This document shows positions 24,672 through 33,970 of a stretch of DNA of 36,070 bases, piece by piece. Made by a program: the position numbers and the translations under genes. Below the pieces are notes generated by a model, which was not told the DNA's origin, made no database searches, and worked only from the letters and a program-made list of their open reading frames with translations. Each line of letters opens with the position of its first letter. Within the stretch, counting starts at the first letter, position 1. The stretch is from UHGV virus genome UHGV-1528002, one strand, 5' to 3'. The DNA is from a virus.

Positions 24672-27292
24672 TGCCTGTTGTTCCTACTACATCCGGCCGC
24701 CAGGTGCAAAGTCGTGGTGTGCAAACCGGTGGTTTTCAGACCTTCGATGTTCCTCAAGCAGGTCAGGTGCTGGCGAATGTCGCAGATCAGTATGCGGTGG
24801 CATATGGTGAAGCCAGGCAGAAAGAGAATGTTGCTATGGTTCAGGAGGCATCCCTTAAACTCAGTCAGACAGGCAGCGATCTGCTGAATAACCCTGAAAC
24901 AGGTTTGCTTAACCTGAAAGGGAAAAATGCTATTGGAAAAGGTCAGGAGTATACGCAGCAGTTTGATGCTCAGGTCGAACAACTGGCTATGTCGCTGCCG
25001 GATGAACAGGCTCGTAATGCTTTCATGCAGCAGGCGCAGCAGCAGCGCATTCAGTTCACTACGCAGGCCGGGAGGTACGAAATAGGACAGGTTCGCCAGT
25101 ATGAGGCGGATATGCAGGATGCGACACTAAAAAACCTATCGATGCAGTTCCGTAACCCGACAATGGCAAACCAGGCAGGATTGAAGGCATATCATAGCAT
25201 CATCGCTTACGGCGAAGCCCACGGCCAGAGTCAGGAAGAGATTGAACAGAACTGGGTTTCGTGGCGCGAGAATGCCGCGAACGGTGCGGCGGAGGCGTGG
25301 TATGTGCCGATGTATCAACAGATGATGGGTCCGAACGGCAAGATTGAGGTAACCGATACACCGAGTGAGGCGCAGTTATTCTCTGCAATAATCTGGCAGG
25401 AGAGTGGCGGAAATCAGTACGGAAAGGACGGAACACCTCTGGTGTCGCCAAAAGGCGCTGTTGGCGTAGCGCAGGTGACGGAAGATACTGGCCCCGAAGC
25501 TGCCCGCCTTGCTGGCGTGCCGTGGGACCGAGATAAATGGTTGAATGACCCGCGCTATAATGCCCGCTTGGGGCAAGCTTATTTCGGCGCGCAGATGAAG
25601 AAATACGACAATAACCCGGTTCTGGCAGTAGCTGCCTATAACGCTGGCCCAGGAAAGGTTGACGGCTGGATTAAACAGATTGGCGATCCGCGCACAGGCG
25701 AAGTCAGTAACGCCCAGTTTGCCGCAGCTATCCCATACGACGAGACGCGCAATTATGTGGCAAAAGTAACTGGCAGTGCTGGAGCTATTCCTGGATCTGC
25801 GACGATGGAAAACCTCATCGCACAGCCATTCTGGAACGCCATGAGTCCGGACAAAAAGTCGCAGATGATGAGCAAGGTTGCTGGCATGTACGACATGCAG
25901 GCTTCAGCCGGTCGCGTTGCGCTACAGAGTCGAATGCAGGACGACCTATCCAAAATTGAGGCCGGTAAGCAGGTGACGCCTATTTCAGCGCACGAATGGG
26001 CCGCCGTTATGCCGCTTCAGGCAGCGCCTGCCGAGCGCCTGCAGATGGAAAAAACCTTCCAGCAATACCAGCAGGCAATGACGCTACAACCTGTTTATCA
26101 GACCATTATGCAGGGCAACGTCCAGCAAGGTACCGCCGCCGTGCAGGCAATGGCACCGCAGGAAAACGACTCTGACTTTAAATACAAAGCAGAGCTTTAT
26201 GCATCGGCAAAGGTCAAGCTTGGGCAGGTACTGAAGGCGCGGGAAGCGGATCCGGGGGCATGGCTGCAACAAAACTCTCCGGTTGTGCAGGCTGCATTCC
26301 AGCAGTACCTGAATGACCCTTCATCTGGTGAATACCTAGTTTCCCGCATACAGTCTGAAAAAGACCGCCTGGGGATAATGAGCAAAAAAGTTTTACCGGA
26401 GTCCATGGTCAACGACGTACTGCAGCGTATTGACAACACGCAGGAATCTAGCGTAAAGGCCATTCAGTCGGTGGCGCAGTCGTTCGGCAAATACTCGGAT
26501 CAGGTGATGCGGCAGGTGCAAAATAAAGCATTCCCAGCTTTAAAGGTTGTAATGTCTACAGAAAACCAACGGGCAGCAGATGCGTTGTGGCAAATACGGA
26601 ATGTACCTACTTCTGATTTGAGATCTGGTTTGGATAAAAACCAGGCAGACAGTGCAGACTCATCGTGGACAGATCAATTTAAAGATTTTTCTTCAACTCT
26701 TATTCCTCAGAGAAATGGTGCTGAAAACTGGACTATTTATAACGAGCAGGGAAAACGCTTGACCTACAACTACATGCAGCGCGGAATGTCGGCGTCTGAT
26801 GCAGCAAAACAGGCGTATCAGGACCTTCTCGGCGAGCAGTACCAGACCAATGGCACTTGGCGGCTACCTAATCGTGCAGGGGTAGATATTCGTGACGTTA
26901 ACGATGGTGCCAATGCGTATCTGAAAAACCTGTCAGCAGATCAGATTATGCCGCTTATTGGTGACCCAAGGCTACCTGATGAGGTCAACCGTGAGCAGAG
27001 TATCTCCCGCATTCGTGATAATGCGCAGTGGGTTACCAACAGCGACGAAACAGGACTTACCCTGATGCTCAACGGGCTGATCGTCAACGGTGCCGACGGC
27101 AACCCGATTACGGTGCCGTTCAACGATCTGGCGAAACTGGGAACAACCAACCGATCAGTATGGAACCGCATTACCAAGTTCATTGATACTCCGGTGAAAT
27201 ATACTCCCGGACAGTCTAAGGAATACAGCGCAGAAAGTCAGCGCGACAACCTGATTAACATTTTCCAGAACGGCCAGCAATCAGGACGATAA
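24671..27292 (+). CDS. Internal virion/ejection protein with lytic transglycosylase domain
   Basis: 873 aa; central IIWQESGGNQ...GAVGVAQV...AVAAYNAGPGKV is the SLT catalytic-domain pattern. Confidence 0.75.
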   Translation: MPVVPTTSGRQVQSRGVQTGGFQTFDVPQAGQVLANVADQYAVAYGEARQKENVAMVQEASLKLSQTGSDLLNNPETGLLNLKGKNAIGKGQEYTQQFDAQVEQLAMSLPDEQARNAFMQQAQQQRIQFTTQAGRYEIGQVRQYEADMQDATLKNLSMQFRNPTMANQAGLKAYHSIIAYGEAHGQSQEEIEQNWVSWRENAANGAAEAWYVPMYQQMMGPNGKIEVTDTPSEAQLFSAIIWQESGGNQYGKDGTPLVSPKGAVGVAQVTEDTGPEAARLAGVPWDRDKWLNDPRYNARLGQAYFGAQMKKYDNNPVLAVAAYNAGPGKVDGWIKQIGDPRTGEVSNAQFAAAIPYDETRNYVAKVTGSAGAIPGSATMENLIAQPFWNAMSPDKKSQMMSKVAGMYDMQASAGRVALQSRMQDDLSKIEAGKQVTPISAHEWAAVMPLQAAPAERLQMEKTFQQYQQAMTLQPVYQTIMQGNVQQGTAAVQAMAPQENDSDFKYKAELYASAKVKLGQVLKAREADPGAWLQQNSPVVQAAFQQYLNDPSSGEYLVSRIQSEKDRLGIMSKKVLPESMVNDVLQRIDNTQESSVKAIQSVAQSFGKYSDQVMRQVQNKAFPALKVVMSTENQRAADALWQIRNVPTSDLRSGLDKNQADSADSSWTDQFKDFSSTLIPQRNGAENWTIYNEQGKRLTYNYMQRGMSASDAAKQAYQDLLGEQYQTNGTWRLPNRAGVDIRDVNDGANAYLKNLSADQIMPLIGDPRLPDEVNREQSISRIRDNAQWVTNSDETGLTLMLNGLIVNGADGNPITVPFNDLAKLGTTNRSVWNRITKFIDTPVKYTPGQSKEYSAESQRDNLINIFQNGQQSGR

Positions 27293-27293
27293 C

Positions 27294-28991
27294 ATGCCAA
27301 TTTACACAGATGATCCGGGACAGGGCATTAACCAGCCAATTGGCAACGCGCCAGCAGGGCTTGGCGAATCGCTGCTTTCTTCCCTTAAGCAGGGATTTGA
27401 AGAGGGGCCGGTCATGTCCGGCTACCGCTTTGCGCAGGCCGACTCGCTGGCGAATGACCCAAACTCTACAGTTATCAGTAAGCAGGACGCAGATGAGCTC
27501 CTGAAGCAGTACGGCGTAAAGAGCATAAACGTGCCAGATTCTGGCGTTACGCAGGCTTTTCTCGATCATGTTATTGCCGAACGCAAAGATTCTCTGGCAC
27601 GCCAGCAGATTGCGATGTCGGCACCGAGCGGGTGGGTAGCCACGCCGCTTAATTTCGCAGCCAGCCTAGCTGGTTCAATGGCAGATCCTGGTAACGTGGC
27701 GCTGGCGCTGGTTCCGTTCGCTGGAGAAGCAAAGGCAGCTTCTGTGCTTGGCCGATTTGGCGAGCGATTTGTTGCTGGTGCACGCATGGGGGCAGCGCAG
27801 GCGGTGGTGACCGTGCCGCTTACCGGGCTGGCAGCGGCGGCGGAAGGTGACGACTTCACCTATAGCAACGCGTTGGAAAGTACTTTCTTTAACACGATGG
27901 CTGGCGGTCTAATGCATGCCGGCGGCGGCCTTATCGCCGATATCGTGCGACCGCGTCGCGTTCCCGATGCTGCAACGGGAGAGTCCCCGGCGTTTTCTGG
28001 CGATGCGCAGCCAACCCCGGTGATAACGCCTGACAACATTCCGGCGGGCGTGAATATCCCTGAGGTTGGCGCTAACGCAGATCTGGCGGCGGCCATTTCC
28101 AGTGAAGCGGAGAGCTACGCATACAGCCGGGCTTATGACGACGTGGTTCCTGACTATATGGCGCGCCAGCAGGAGTTACAGAGCGGGCAGATCGGTAACG
28201 TTGCCGACCTGCGTGCCGAGCTTGCGGCTAATCAACGTCATGCTGACTCGCTTGATGCGACGCTGCAACAGCGCACCAAAAAGTATCAGGGGAAGCGGAT
28301 GAAGTTTAAGGATGCGCGCTCTAGGGCACTGAAAGAGATTCAGGCCGAGAAAGACGCCATCGCTGCACGCAATCAGGAGATCAATACATCGCTGGAGCAG
28401 AACGCGACAGCAGAGCAGGCGCGCTGGCGCCAGTCTCAGATTTCCCGCGGCGAGATCCCCGACGACCTGAAAGTCACCATTTCCGAGCGTGCGCAGCAGA
28501 TCCTGGACGGCATGCAGATGTCGCCGGTCGCTGGCGCAGTTCGCACTGCCGCAAGCGCCATCAGGGATGCTGACTGGAACGTGAACCAGCAGGCGTATCG
28601 CGCTGCGCTGGCACACATGATGGAAGGACGTAGCCCAGATGTTGAGCCCTTCTATGAACTGCACAAACCAGCACTGCGTGAACGCGCCATCCATCGCATA
28701 CAGAACCCGGCACGGCAGGTTGATGAAACGGCTCGCCCAGCAAGCGAAACAGCCGATCGGGTTTATCAAGAAACGCAAAAGGCAGATCATGAAATTACCG
28801 CTGCCGCTGCAGACCTTGATAACGAGCTCAACCTGAGTAACGCCCTGCTTGACGATATCGCTGTCGATAACCCTGATCTTGCGACCACGTTGCGCCAGAA
28901 ACTCAATGATATTCGTGCCGACGCCAGCGACAATAGCATGAGCAACGCTTTCCGGGCATTTGCCGCCTGTATGATTAACCGGGGGATGTGA
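27294..28991 (+). CDS. Internal virion/ejection protein
   Basis: 565 aa, Ala-rich with a hydrophobic segment; position within the ejection-protein block. Confidence 0.5.
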   Translation: MPIYTDDPGQGINQPIGNAPAGLGESLLSSLKQGFEEGPVMSGYRFAQADSLANDPNSTVISKQDADELLKQYGVKSINVPDSGVTQAFLDHVIAERKDSLARQQIAMSAPSGWVATPLNFAASLAGSMADPGNVALALVPFAGEAKAASVLGRFGERFVAGARMGAAQAVVTVPLTGLAAAAEGDDFTYSNALESTFFNTMAGGLMHAGGGLIADIVRPRRVPDAATGESPAFSGDAQPTPVITPDNIPAGVNIPEVGANADLAAAISSEAESYAYSRAYDDVVPDYMARQQELQSGQIGNVADLRAELAANQRHADSLDATLQQRTKKYQGKRMKFKDARSRALKEIQAEKDAIAARNQEINTSLEQNATAEQARWRQSQISRGEIPDDLKVTISERAQQILDGMQMSPVAGAVRTAASAIRDADWNVNQQAYRAALAHMMEGRSPDVEPFYELHKPALRERAIHRIQNPARQVDETARPASETADRVYQETQKADHEITAAAADLDNELNLSNALLDDIAVDNPDLATTLRQKLNDIRADASDNSMSNAFRAFAACMINRGM

Positions 28992-31171
28992 TGGCAGCAA
29001 ACGAATTTTTGACGCAGTGCGAGCGCAGTGTAAATGCTGCCGCTGGTCGCGAGCTTTCTTCCGATGAGATGGAGTCGCTGGTGCGTGACATGAACGACAC
29101 CACTAGGCGAATTCTGGCGACCAATGAGGCGCTGTCTCTGGAAGAGGCCGCGATGCGCGCAGCGGAAGAACTGAGCAATGCCGATATGCTGGCAAAACAG
29201 ATTGAGGCTCGCAATAAGGCAATCAACGCCCGTATTGCCGCACAACGACTTAGAGAGCTTCGTACTATCTGGAAAGACCGCCCGGATATCGGGCTTGAAG
29301 CAATGCTGGTTGGCCGCAACGATGCGCGTATCGGCGCCCGCCGGTCGGTATCTTCGGAGGTGGCGCAACTGCGCGGCAAGTATCATTCCGGTATCAACTA
29401 CGATTTTGACCGTGCCGGGCTGGTGCAATTCATCGCCAGCGGCAGCAATGACCGGGAAATTGCCGATGCAATGTGGCGCATAGGGCGCGGGCAGTCAACT
29501 GACGGTATGACAAAGCAATCCGTAAGCGCTGCACAAATCATCATGAAATGGCAGGAAACTGCGCGTATTGATGAGAACCGCGCCGGGGCATGGATACGCA
29601 AAGAGCCGGGCTATATAGTGCGCCAGTCACACGACATCATGAAGATCCGCGCCGCAGGTTATGAAGCATGGCGAAATGCTATTCTCCCGCGCCTTGATGA
29701 GCGCACTTTTGACGGCGTGGCTGACCGCGAGCAGTTCATGCGTAACATTTATAACGGGCTGGCTTCCGGCGTGCATCTTACATCTGAAAAGCCCGATTGG
29801 ATGAATGGCTTTAAGGGATCGGCGAACGCAGCTAAACGCGCCAGCCAAGAGCGAATTTTGCACTTCAAAGATGGTATCTCGTGGCACGAGTACAACCAGC
29901 AATTCGGCACCGGCAGCCTGCGAGAAGCGCTGTTTGGTGGCTTAAACAGCGCTGCCCGCACAACGGGCATGATGCGCGTACTGGGCACTAACCCACAGAA
30001 CATGTTTAAGTACCTGACGGACACCATTGCTGAAGATATCAGCAAATCCGGAAGACCGGCAGCGTTGGCTGACTACATGACGAAGGTGCGTCGCATTAAC
30101 CGTACCGTAATGCCGCAGGTTGACGGCTCGCTAAATATTCCTGGCAGCGTAGGCTGGGCCAATGCGTCGGCGGCTGTACGCGGCTGGTTGCGTATGAGCC
30201 AGCTTGGTGGCGCGGTAATCTCATCGTTTAACGACGTGCCTATCGCCGCTACCGAGATGCGCTACCAAGGGCAGAATTTTATGCAGGCGTTGCTTGGTGC
30301 TATGAGAGGCCGCTTCACGCGTTACAACAGCGCGGAGCAGAAAGAGATCCTTTCCTCTAAGGGGATCAAGCCAACGCAGCGCGCTATCGCTGACGCACGC
30401 GATCAATTGGAAGGGCAGTTGCGCGGCTACATCCTTGACCGCCTGAATATCGCCATGTCAGAGCCTGGCGATCGCACGCAGGCGTTTATGAAGATGGGTA
30501 CGGTGCCAGGAACGGTGGCTGGGGAAGCAATACGATTCGCTGGTCAGTACAAATCGTTCACTGCAAGCTTCATGCAGAACGTGCTAGGACGCGAAGTATT
30601 CGGGCGTGGTTATATTCCTGCTGGGCTTGGTGAGTCGAAAACCGGATCGCTGACGAATGCGCTGCTACGTAACGGGAAGGGGGCTTTCCTTGGCGCTGCA
30701 AACCTCTTTGTCTGGGCGACTATGTTTGGTTATATCTCCATGCAGTCAAAACTCATGCTGAAAGGGCAAACACCACGCCCGGCAGATGCCAAGACGTTTC
30801 TCGCAGCCGCATCTCAGGGGGGCGGTCTTGGCATCTTGGGTGACTTCATGTTTGGCGAAGTCAATCGCATGGGGGCCGGGCCGGTTACGTCGCTAATGGG
30901 GCCGGCAGCATCGAACGCTGACAGCATTATCACGCTGCTCCAGCAGACCACGAGAGGGGATGCAGATTTGGGTGACTGGTATCGCACGGCACTTGACAAT
31001 ACGCCATTCCTCAACGTGTTCTGGCTTCGTACGGCGATGAATGGTTTAATATTGAACCGGATACAAGATGCCCTTGACCCAGGCTCTCTTGAGCGTTATC
31101 AGCGCCGTGTTGAGCGTGAGCAGGGTAACGAATTTCTGATCCCACCATCGCAGTTCATGCTAGGGAAGTAA
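28988..31171 (+). CDS. Internal virion/ejection protein (large)
   Basis: 727 aa, last large gene before the accessory island; ATGA overlap with the upstream gene. Confidence 0.5.
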   Translation: MMAANEFLTQCERSVNAAAGRELSSDEMESLVRDMNDTTRRILATNEALSLEEAAMRAAEELSNADMLAKQIEARNKAINARIAAQRLRELRTIWKDRPDIGLEAMLVGRNDARIGARRSVSSEVAQLRGKYHSGINYDFDRAGLVQFIASGSNDREIADAMWRIGRGQSTDGMTKQSVSAAQIIMKWQETARIDENRAGAWIRKEPGYIVRQSHDIMKIRAAGYEAWRNAILPRLDERTFDGVADREQFMRNIYNGLASGVHLTSEKPDWMNGFKGSANAAKRASQERILHFKDGISWHEYNQQFGTGSLREALFGGLNSAARTTGMMRVLGTNPQNMFKYLTDTIAEDISKSGRPAALADYMTKVRRINRTVMPQVDGSLNIPGSVGWANASAAVRGWLRMSQLGGAVISSFNDVPIAATEMRYQGQNFMQALLGAMRGRFTRYNSAEQKEILSSKGIKPTQRAIADARDQLEGQLRGYILDRLNIAMSEPGDRTQAFMKMGTVPGTVAGEAIRFAGQYKSFTASFMQNVLGREVFGRGYIPAGLGESKTGSLTNALLRNGKGAFLGAANLFVWATMFGYISMQSKLMLKGQTPRPADAKTFLAAASQGGGLGILGDFMFGEVNRMGAGPVTSLMGPAASNADSIITLLQQTTRGDADLGDWYRTALDNTPFLNVFWLRTAMNGLILNRIQDALDPGSLERYQRRVEREQGNEFLIPPSQFMLGK

Positions 31172-31172
31172 T

Positions 31173-31544
31173 ATGAACAGAATTATATTAATGATTATTC
31201 TTATGCTTTTAGTTGTAAAATCTTTTGCAGATACTACCTCACCGTTAATGATTCAGCCTAAAAATGGGGAAACACTGGAGGATTCTAAAAAGCATACAAT
31301 GGAATATTTTGGATGTATAAAAGGGCAGGCCGTAAAATACGCTAAGACAGGAGAAAGTGTTGATTCTATATCCAAAGCTTCGGTTGTGTCATGCGAGTCG
31401 TACATACAAAAGATTGCTGAATCAAATATATACTATTTAAATTCCTCTCAAGACGGTAAGCGGAAATTTATTGGAAGGCTTAAATCAGATGGTGAAAATT
31501 TAGCAACAAAATTTGCTATGGATGAAAAGCTAAAAAATAAATAG
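31173..31544 (+). CDS. Small secreted protein (signal peptide, 2 Cys), AT-rich moron
   Basis: N-terminal hydrophobic signal MNRIILMIILMLLVVKSFA then polar mature region; very AT-rich codon usage; starts 1 nt after the ejection-protein stop. Confidence 0.5.
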   Translation: MNRIILMIILMLLVVKSFADTTSPLMIQPKNGETLEDSKKHTMEYFGCIKGQAVKYAKTGESVDSISKASVVSCESYIQKIAESNIYYLNSSQDGKRKFIGRLKSDGENLATKFAMDEKLKNK

Positions 31545-31552
31545 GTGACTAC

Positions 31553-31849
31553 ATGCAAGCGATAGGATTCATTGTTTATATCGTCGTTGGTCTTTTTCAG
31601 TTGGCAGCAATTATGGCTGGGCTTGAATCATGGTGGGGATTGCACTGGATAATTGCAGCCCCCATTGCTTTCATCGTGAGCTATATTCCATTTGTTGGAG
31701 CGATTGTTGGTATGGTTGGCGCTGTGGATGTATGGCGGTGGGAGTGGTGGCAGGCTGGCCTTCTCTTCTTTGGTGGGATCATCTTTGCTATTGTCTGCGG
31801 TGGAATGTCATCATTTTTCGAATGGCTATCATTCAGAAAAAGAGTGTGA
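31553..31849 (+). CDS. Small integral membrane protein (3 predicted TM helices)
   Basis: 98 aa with three hydrophobic stretches and a basic C-terminus (FRKRV); AGGTGA RBS. Confidence 0.5.
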   Translation: MQAIGFIVYIVVGLFQLAAIMAGLESWWGLHWIIAAPIAFIVSYIPFVGAIVGMVGAVDVWRWEWWQAGLLFFGGIIFAIVCGGMSSFFEWLSFRKRV

Positions 31850-31858
31850 CATGTCACA
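31845..31858. repeat. Palindrome TGTGACATGTCACA, copy 3
   Basis: Perfect 14-bp palindrome overlapping the stop codon of the membrane-protein gene. Confidence 0.7.
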
Positions 31859-31883
31859 GGCCGCTTTCGCGGCCTTGTTTTTT
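31859..31883 (+). terminator. Rho-independent terminator ending the rightward late/accessory operon
   Basis: GGCCGC-tttc-GCGGCC followed by TTGTTTTTT. Confidence 0.65.
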
Positions 31884-32043
31884 AACGAATGCCACCGCCG
31901 CCCGGGCGGGAATCCGCAGAACGCCCACCGCAGCGGGAGCCGTCAGCGGCAGTATCGCTGTCGTGCTGACAACGACCGGCAAAGGCCTGAGTTGAAGCTA
32001 CCAGAGACAACAAAACGAACAGTGCAGCAAATGCTTTTTTCAT
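31882..32043 (-). CDS. Small secreted peptide (53 aa precursor)
   Basis: MKKAFAALFVLLSLVASTQAFA signal peptide with AxA site, about 31-aa mature part with 2 Cys; own TTGACG-16-TATAGA promoter-like region at 32050-32080. Confidence 0.4.
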   Translation of the reverse strand: MKKAFAALFVLLSLVASTQAFAGRCQHDSDTAADGSRCGGRSADSRPGGGGIR

Positions 32044-32112
32044 TGTGAAATTTCCATCTATAAGCCACCTCAATGTGGCGTCAATGAGTGTAGCACTGAC
32101 TTTTGTTTCGTC

Positions 32113-32138
32113 CACAAAAAAGCCCGCGCTGCGGGCTT
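32113..32138 (-). terminator. Rho-independent terminator after the 210-aa gene
   Basis: Minus strand AAGCCCGC-agc-GCGGGCTT followed by TTTTTTG. Confidence 0.65.
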
Positions 32139-32141
32139 CTA

Positions 32142-32774
32142 TTAATGCAGTTTATCTTTGCTTATAACCAGTAGTCTGTGGGTATGCACATCTTTATCAC
32201 TGCCCCAACAGAAATCAGCCCACTGGCTATAGAAATCATCCCATGATGTCATGAAGCTAAGAGGTCTATCTTCTTCAGAGCCATCTGAAACGTATACATT
32301 ATATCCCGGGGTGTTTATAGCCCAAGAAATCATTCTTTCCCAGAATCTTCTCCCATCGATTGTTTGTTGCTCATCAGATACAACGATCGCATATTGCTCT
32401 AGGAAGAACTGAAAAAAAATCTGAGGCAAACCATGAACAGCACGGTCATGAATAACATTAGGCGTACGCCATACCATGATCTGCGTACATGTTCTTTTGG
32501 CTTCGACGATATCTTCCCGAAAGATTAACTTAACCGCATACACCGTTTCTGGAGTATCGCTGGTAGTAATCATTCTGTAATGATCGCCATTACAAGATTT
32601 TACAAGGCGATAACCATAAGGTGTTGTGAATCCCGGAAGAACGAAATCAACCACACCTTTCGCTAAGTAGCTTTCGGTGTGACTAGTGTTCTTCTCAGAC
32701 ATGTTCAGTTTTCTATCGAAATCTGCTTCTGGGATAATGTATGGCATCGCTTTTCTTGTTGTATTTGTTCTCAT
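32142..32774 (-). CDS. Hypothetical protein (210 aa) under an operator-controlled promoter
   Basis: Strong GGGAGGA RBS; AT-rich; no recognised domain; promoter with overlapping operator immediately upstream. Confidence 0.6.
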   Translation of the reverse strand: MRTNTTRKAMPYIIPEADFDRKLNMSEKNTSHTESYLAKGVVDFVLPGFTTPYGYRLVKSCNGDHYRMITTSDTPETVYAVKLIFREDIVEAKRTCTQIMVWRTPNVIHDRAVHGLPQIFFQFFLEQYAIVVSDEQQTIDGRRFWERMISWAINTPGYNVYVSDGSEEDRPLSFMTSWDDFYSQWADFCWGSDKDVHTHRLLVISKDKLH

Positions 32775-32833
32775 TTCGTCCTCCCATGTTTGGCTACAGG
32801 ACGCGTTTTGAAGGGAAGATTAAAAATGCTTTC

Positions 32834-32876
32834 TTACCCTTGAGGTAATAGTACGCTATTCACCCCCAGTCTGCAA
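32834..32876 (-). promoter_or_regulatory. Promoter with overlapping operator for the 210-aa gene
   Basis: Minus strand TTGCAG (plus 32871-32876), 17 bp, TACTAT (plus 32848-32853), then TTACCTCAAGGGTAA (plus 32834-32848) starting at the last T of the -10. Confidence 0.55.
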
Positions 32877-32919
32877 TCTGTACAGAATTATTTAAAGGCA
32901 CGTCCCTGTGCCGCCGCCG

Positions 32920-33606
32920 TCAGAAGAACCCTGCCTTGTCGTTGATGTACTCCGCGTGGGTCTGGATATCACGCAGGCATTTACTCACACCGACGATGTA
33001 GCAGAACATGGTGGTCAGTTCCGCCGCCGCGCCCGATACGTCATGCCCGTCTTCCTGTAACTGGTTCAGCAAATTCATCAGCAGTGAGTTCTCCGTCAGG
33101 CCGAGAACACCAGACGGCGAATGAATCAGGCTGCGGTAGCCGGGCTTCAGCGGGGCACTGTAGGTTTTGTTCTCTATCTTCATCGCCTGCATCACTGCTG
33201 ATGCTGTGGCGTTTGCAACCTGGTCGGCAACCATCTTTATGCGTTCTTCCTGCGGGAGCGAGTTTTTAATGTAACTTCCGGTGCGGCGGATCTGAGGAAG
33301 AACCTCACCTGTAACCCATTTACGAAAGCGGTAGGGGATAGTGCCTGGTGTCACCGCATCGCGGCAGCGGAGGATCAGTGTGTAGAGGCCTGACTCGCTG
33401 ATAATATTGGTTTCGCCTTGACGACCTAAGTTAAATTTAGCCCTTTCATCATCATCAAGAGATTTGATTGACATGGTGGGGTTTGTCAGTTGAAGAGCTT
33501 TAATAACGTCTTTGGCAACAAACCAAGGATTTCCATCAATAACAATGGCTCGAATGGTTGCTTCTGATTCAAAATGAAAAACAGATGGGGTTACGTTAGC
33601 AGTCAT
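32920..33606 (-). CDS. Antirepressor, BRO-N domain with KilAC-like C-terminal domain
   Basis: N-terminal FHFESEATIRAIVIDGNPWFVAKDVIKALQL...IISESGLYTLILRC is the BRO-N pattern; ATG 33606 behind AAGGTGA RBS; C-terminal 75 aa are paralogous to the small gene at 34757-35014. Confidence 0.8.
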   Translation of the reverse strand: MTANVTPSVFHFESEATIRAIVIDGNPWFVAKDVIKALQLTNPTMSIKSLDDDERAKFNLGRQGETNIISESGLYTLILRCRDAVTPGTIPYRFRKWVTGEVLPQIRRTGSYIKNSLPQEERIKMVADQVANATASAVMQAMKIENKTYSAPLKPGYRSLIHSPSGVLGLTENSLLMNLLNQLQEDGHDVSGAAAELTTMFCYIVGVSKCLRDIQTHAEYINDKAGFF

Positions 33607-33762
33607 GGCAATCACCTTTTAGTATGGTTAATCACCACCTGAGGTGCAAATCTCGTTGGTGGTGAGACGTACAGGGTTTGCACTACCGGCTAAAAGGACC
33701 CGGCGCACCTTTCGGTGCCCCTGCACGTCCCACCATAATTCTGGCATGACTGTGCTATACGC

Positions 33763-33784
33763 ATAAAAAAACCACGTCTGGCGT
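33763..33784 (-). terminator. Terminator-like hairpin inside the antirepressor 5' leader
   Basis: Minus strand CCACG-ccaga-CGTGG followed by TTTTTTT, about 160 nt upstream of the antirepressor start. Confidence 0.45.
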
Positions 33785-33877
33785 GGTATGCGCCTTTTAG
33801 TAATCCGGGGTGCAAATCCCGGCACTGGATTTTGCCAGTGCTCAATTACTATGGCACAAGAGGAGTGCGATGTAAAT

Positions 33878-33921
33878 TTACCGCAAAGGTAATGATAAAC
33901 GCTGATAAATATAAAAATCAA
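33878..33921 (-). promoter_or_regulatory. Leftward promoter with overlapping operator driving the antirepressor leader
   Basis: Minus strand TTGATT (plus 33916-33921), 18 bp, TATCAT (plus 33892-33897), then TTACCTTTGCGGTAA (plus 33878-33892) starting at the last T of the -10. Confidence 0.5.
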
Positions 33922-33970
33922 CCGTATTTGGTTGATTGCGTTTAACGCTTGATCACCTGAAAGCAAGATA

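Noticed and set aside
28176-29428. Minus-strand ORFs (274 aa, 213 aa, 134 aa) inside the ejection-protein genes
   Set aside because: Antisense to long plus-strand genes; Cys/Arg-rich composition.
31553-31849. Calling the 3-TM protein a holin
   Set aside because: Topology is compatible, but there is no adjacent endolysin or spanin and the gene sits in the ejection/accessory block; kept as a hypothetical membrane protein.
32862-32878. LexA-box-like sequence CTGCAATCTGTACAG near the 210-aa gene promoter
   Set aside because: Half-sites and spacing do not fit CTGT-N8-ACAG; only the site at 35034-35053 is convincing.
33628-33966. 112-aa minus-strand ORF in the antirepressor leader
   Set aside because: Lies in a region dense with hairpins and a terminator; poor composition and no RBS. 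Treated as non-coding leader or RNA.
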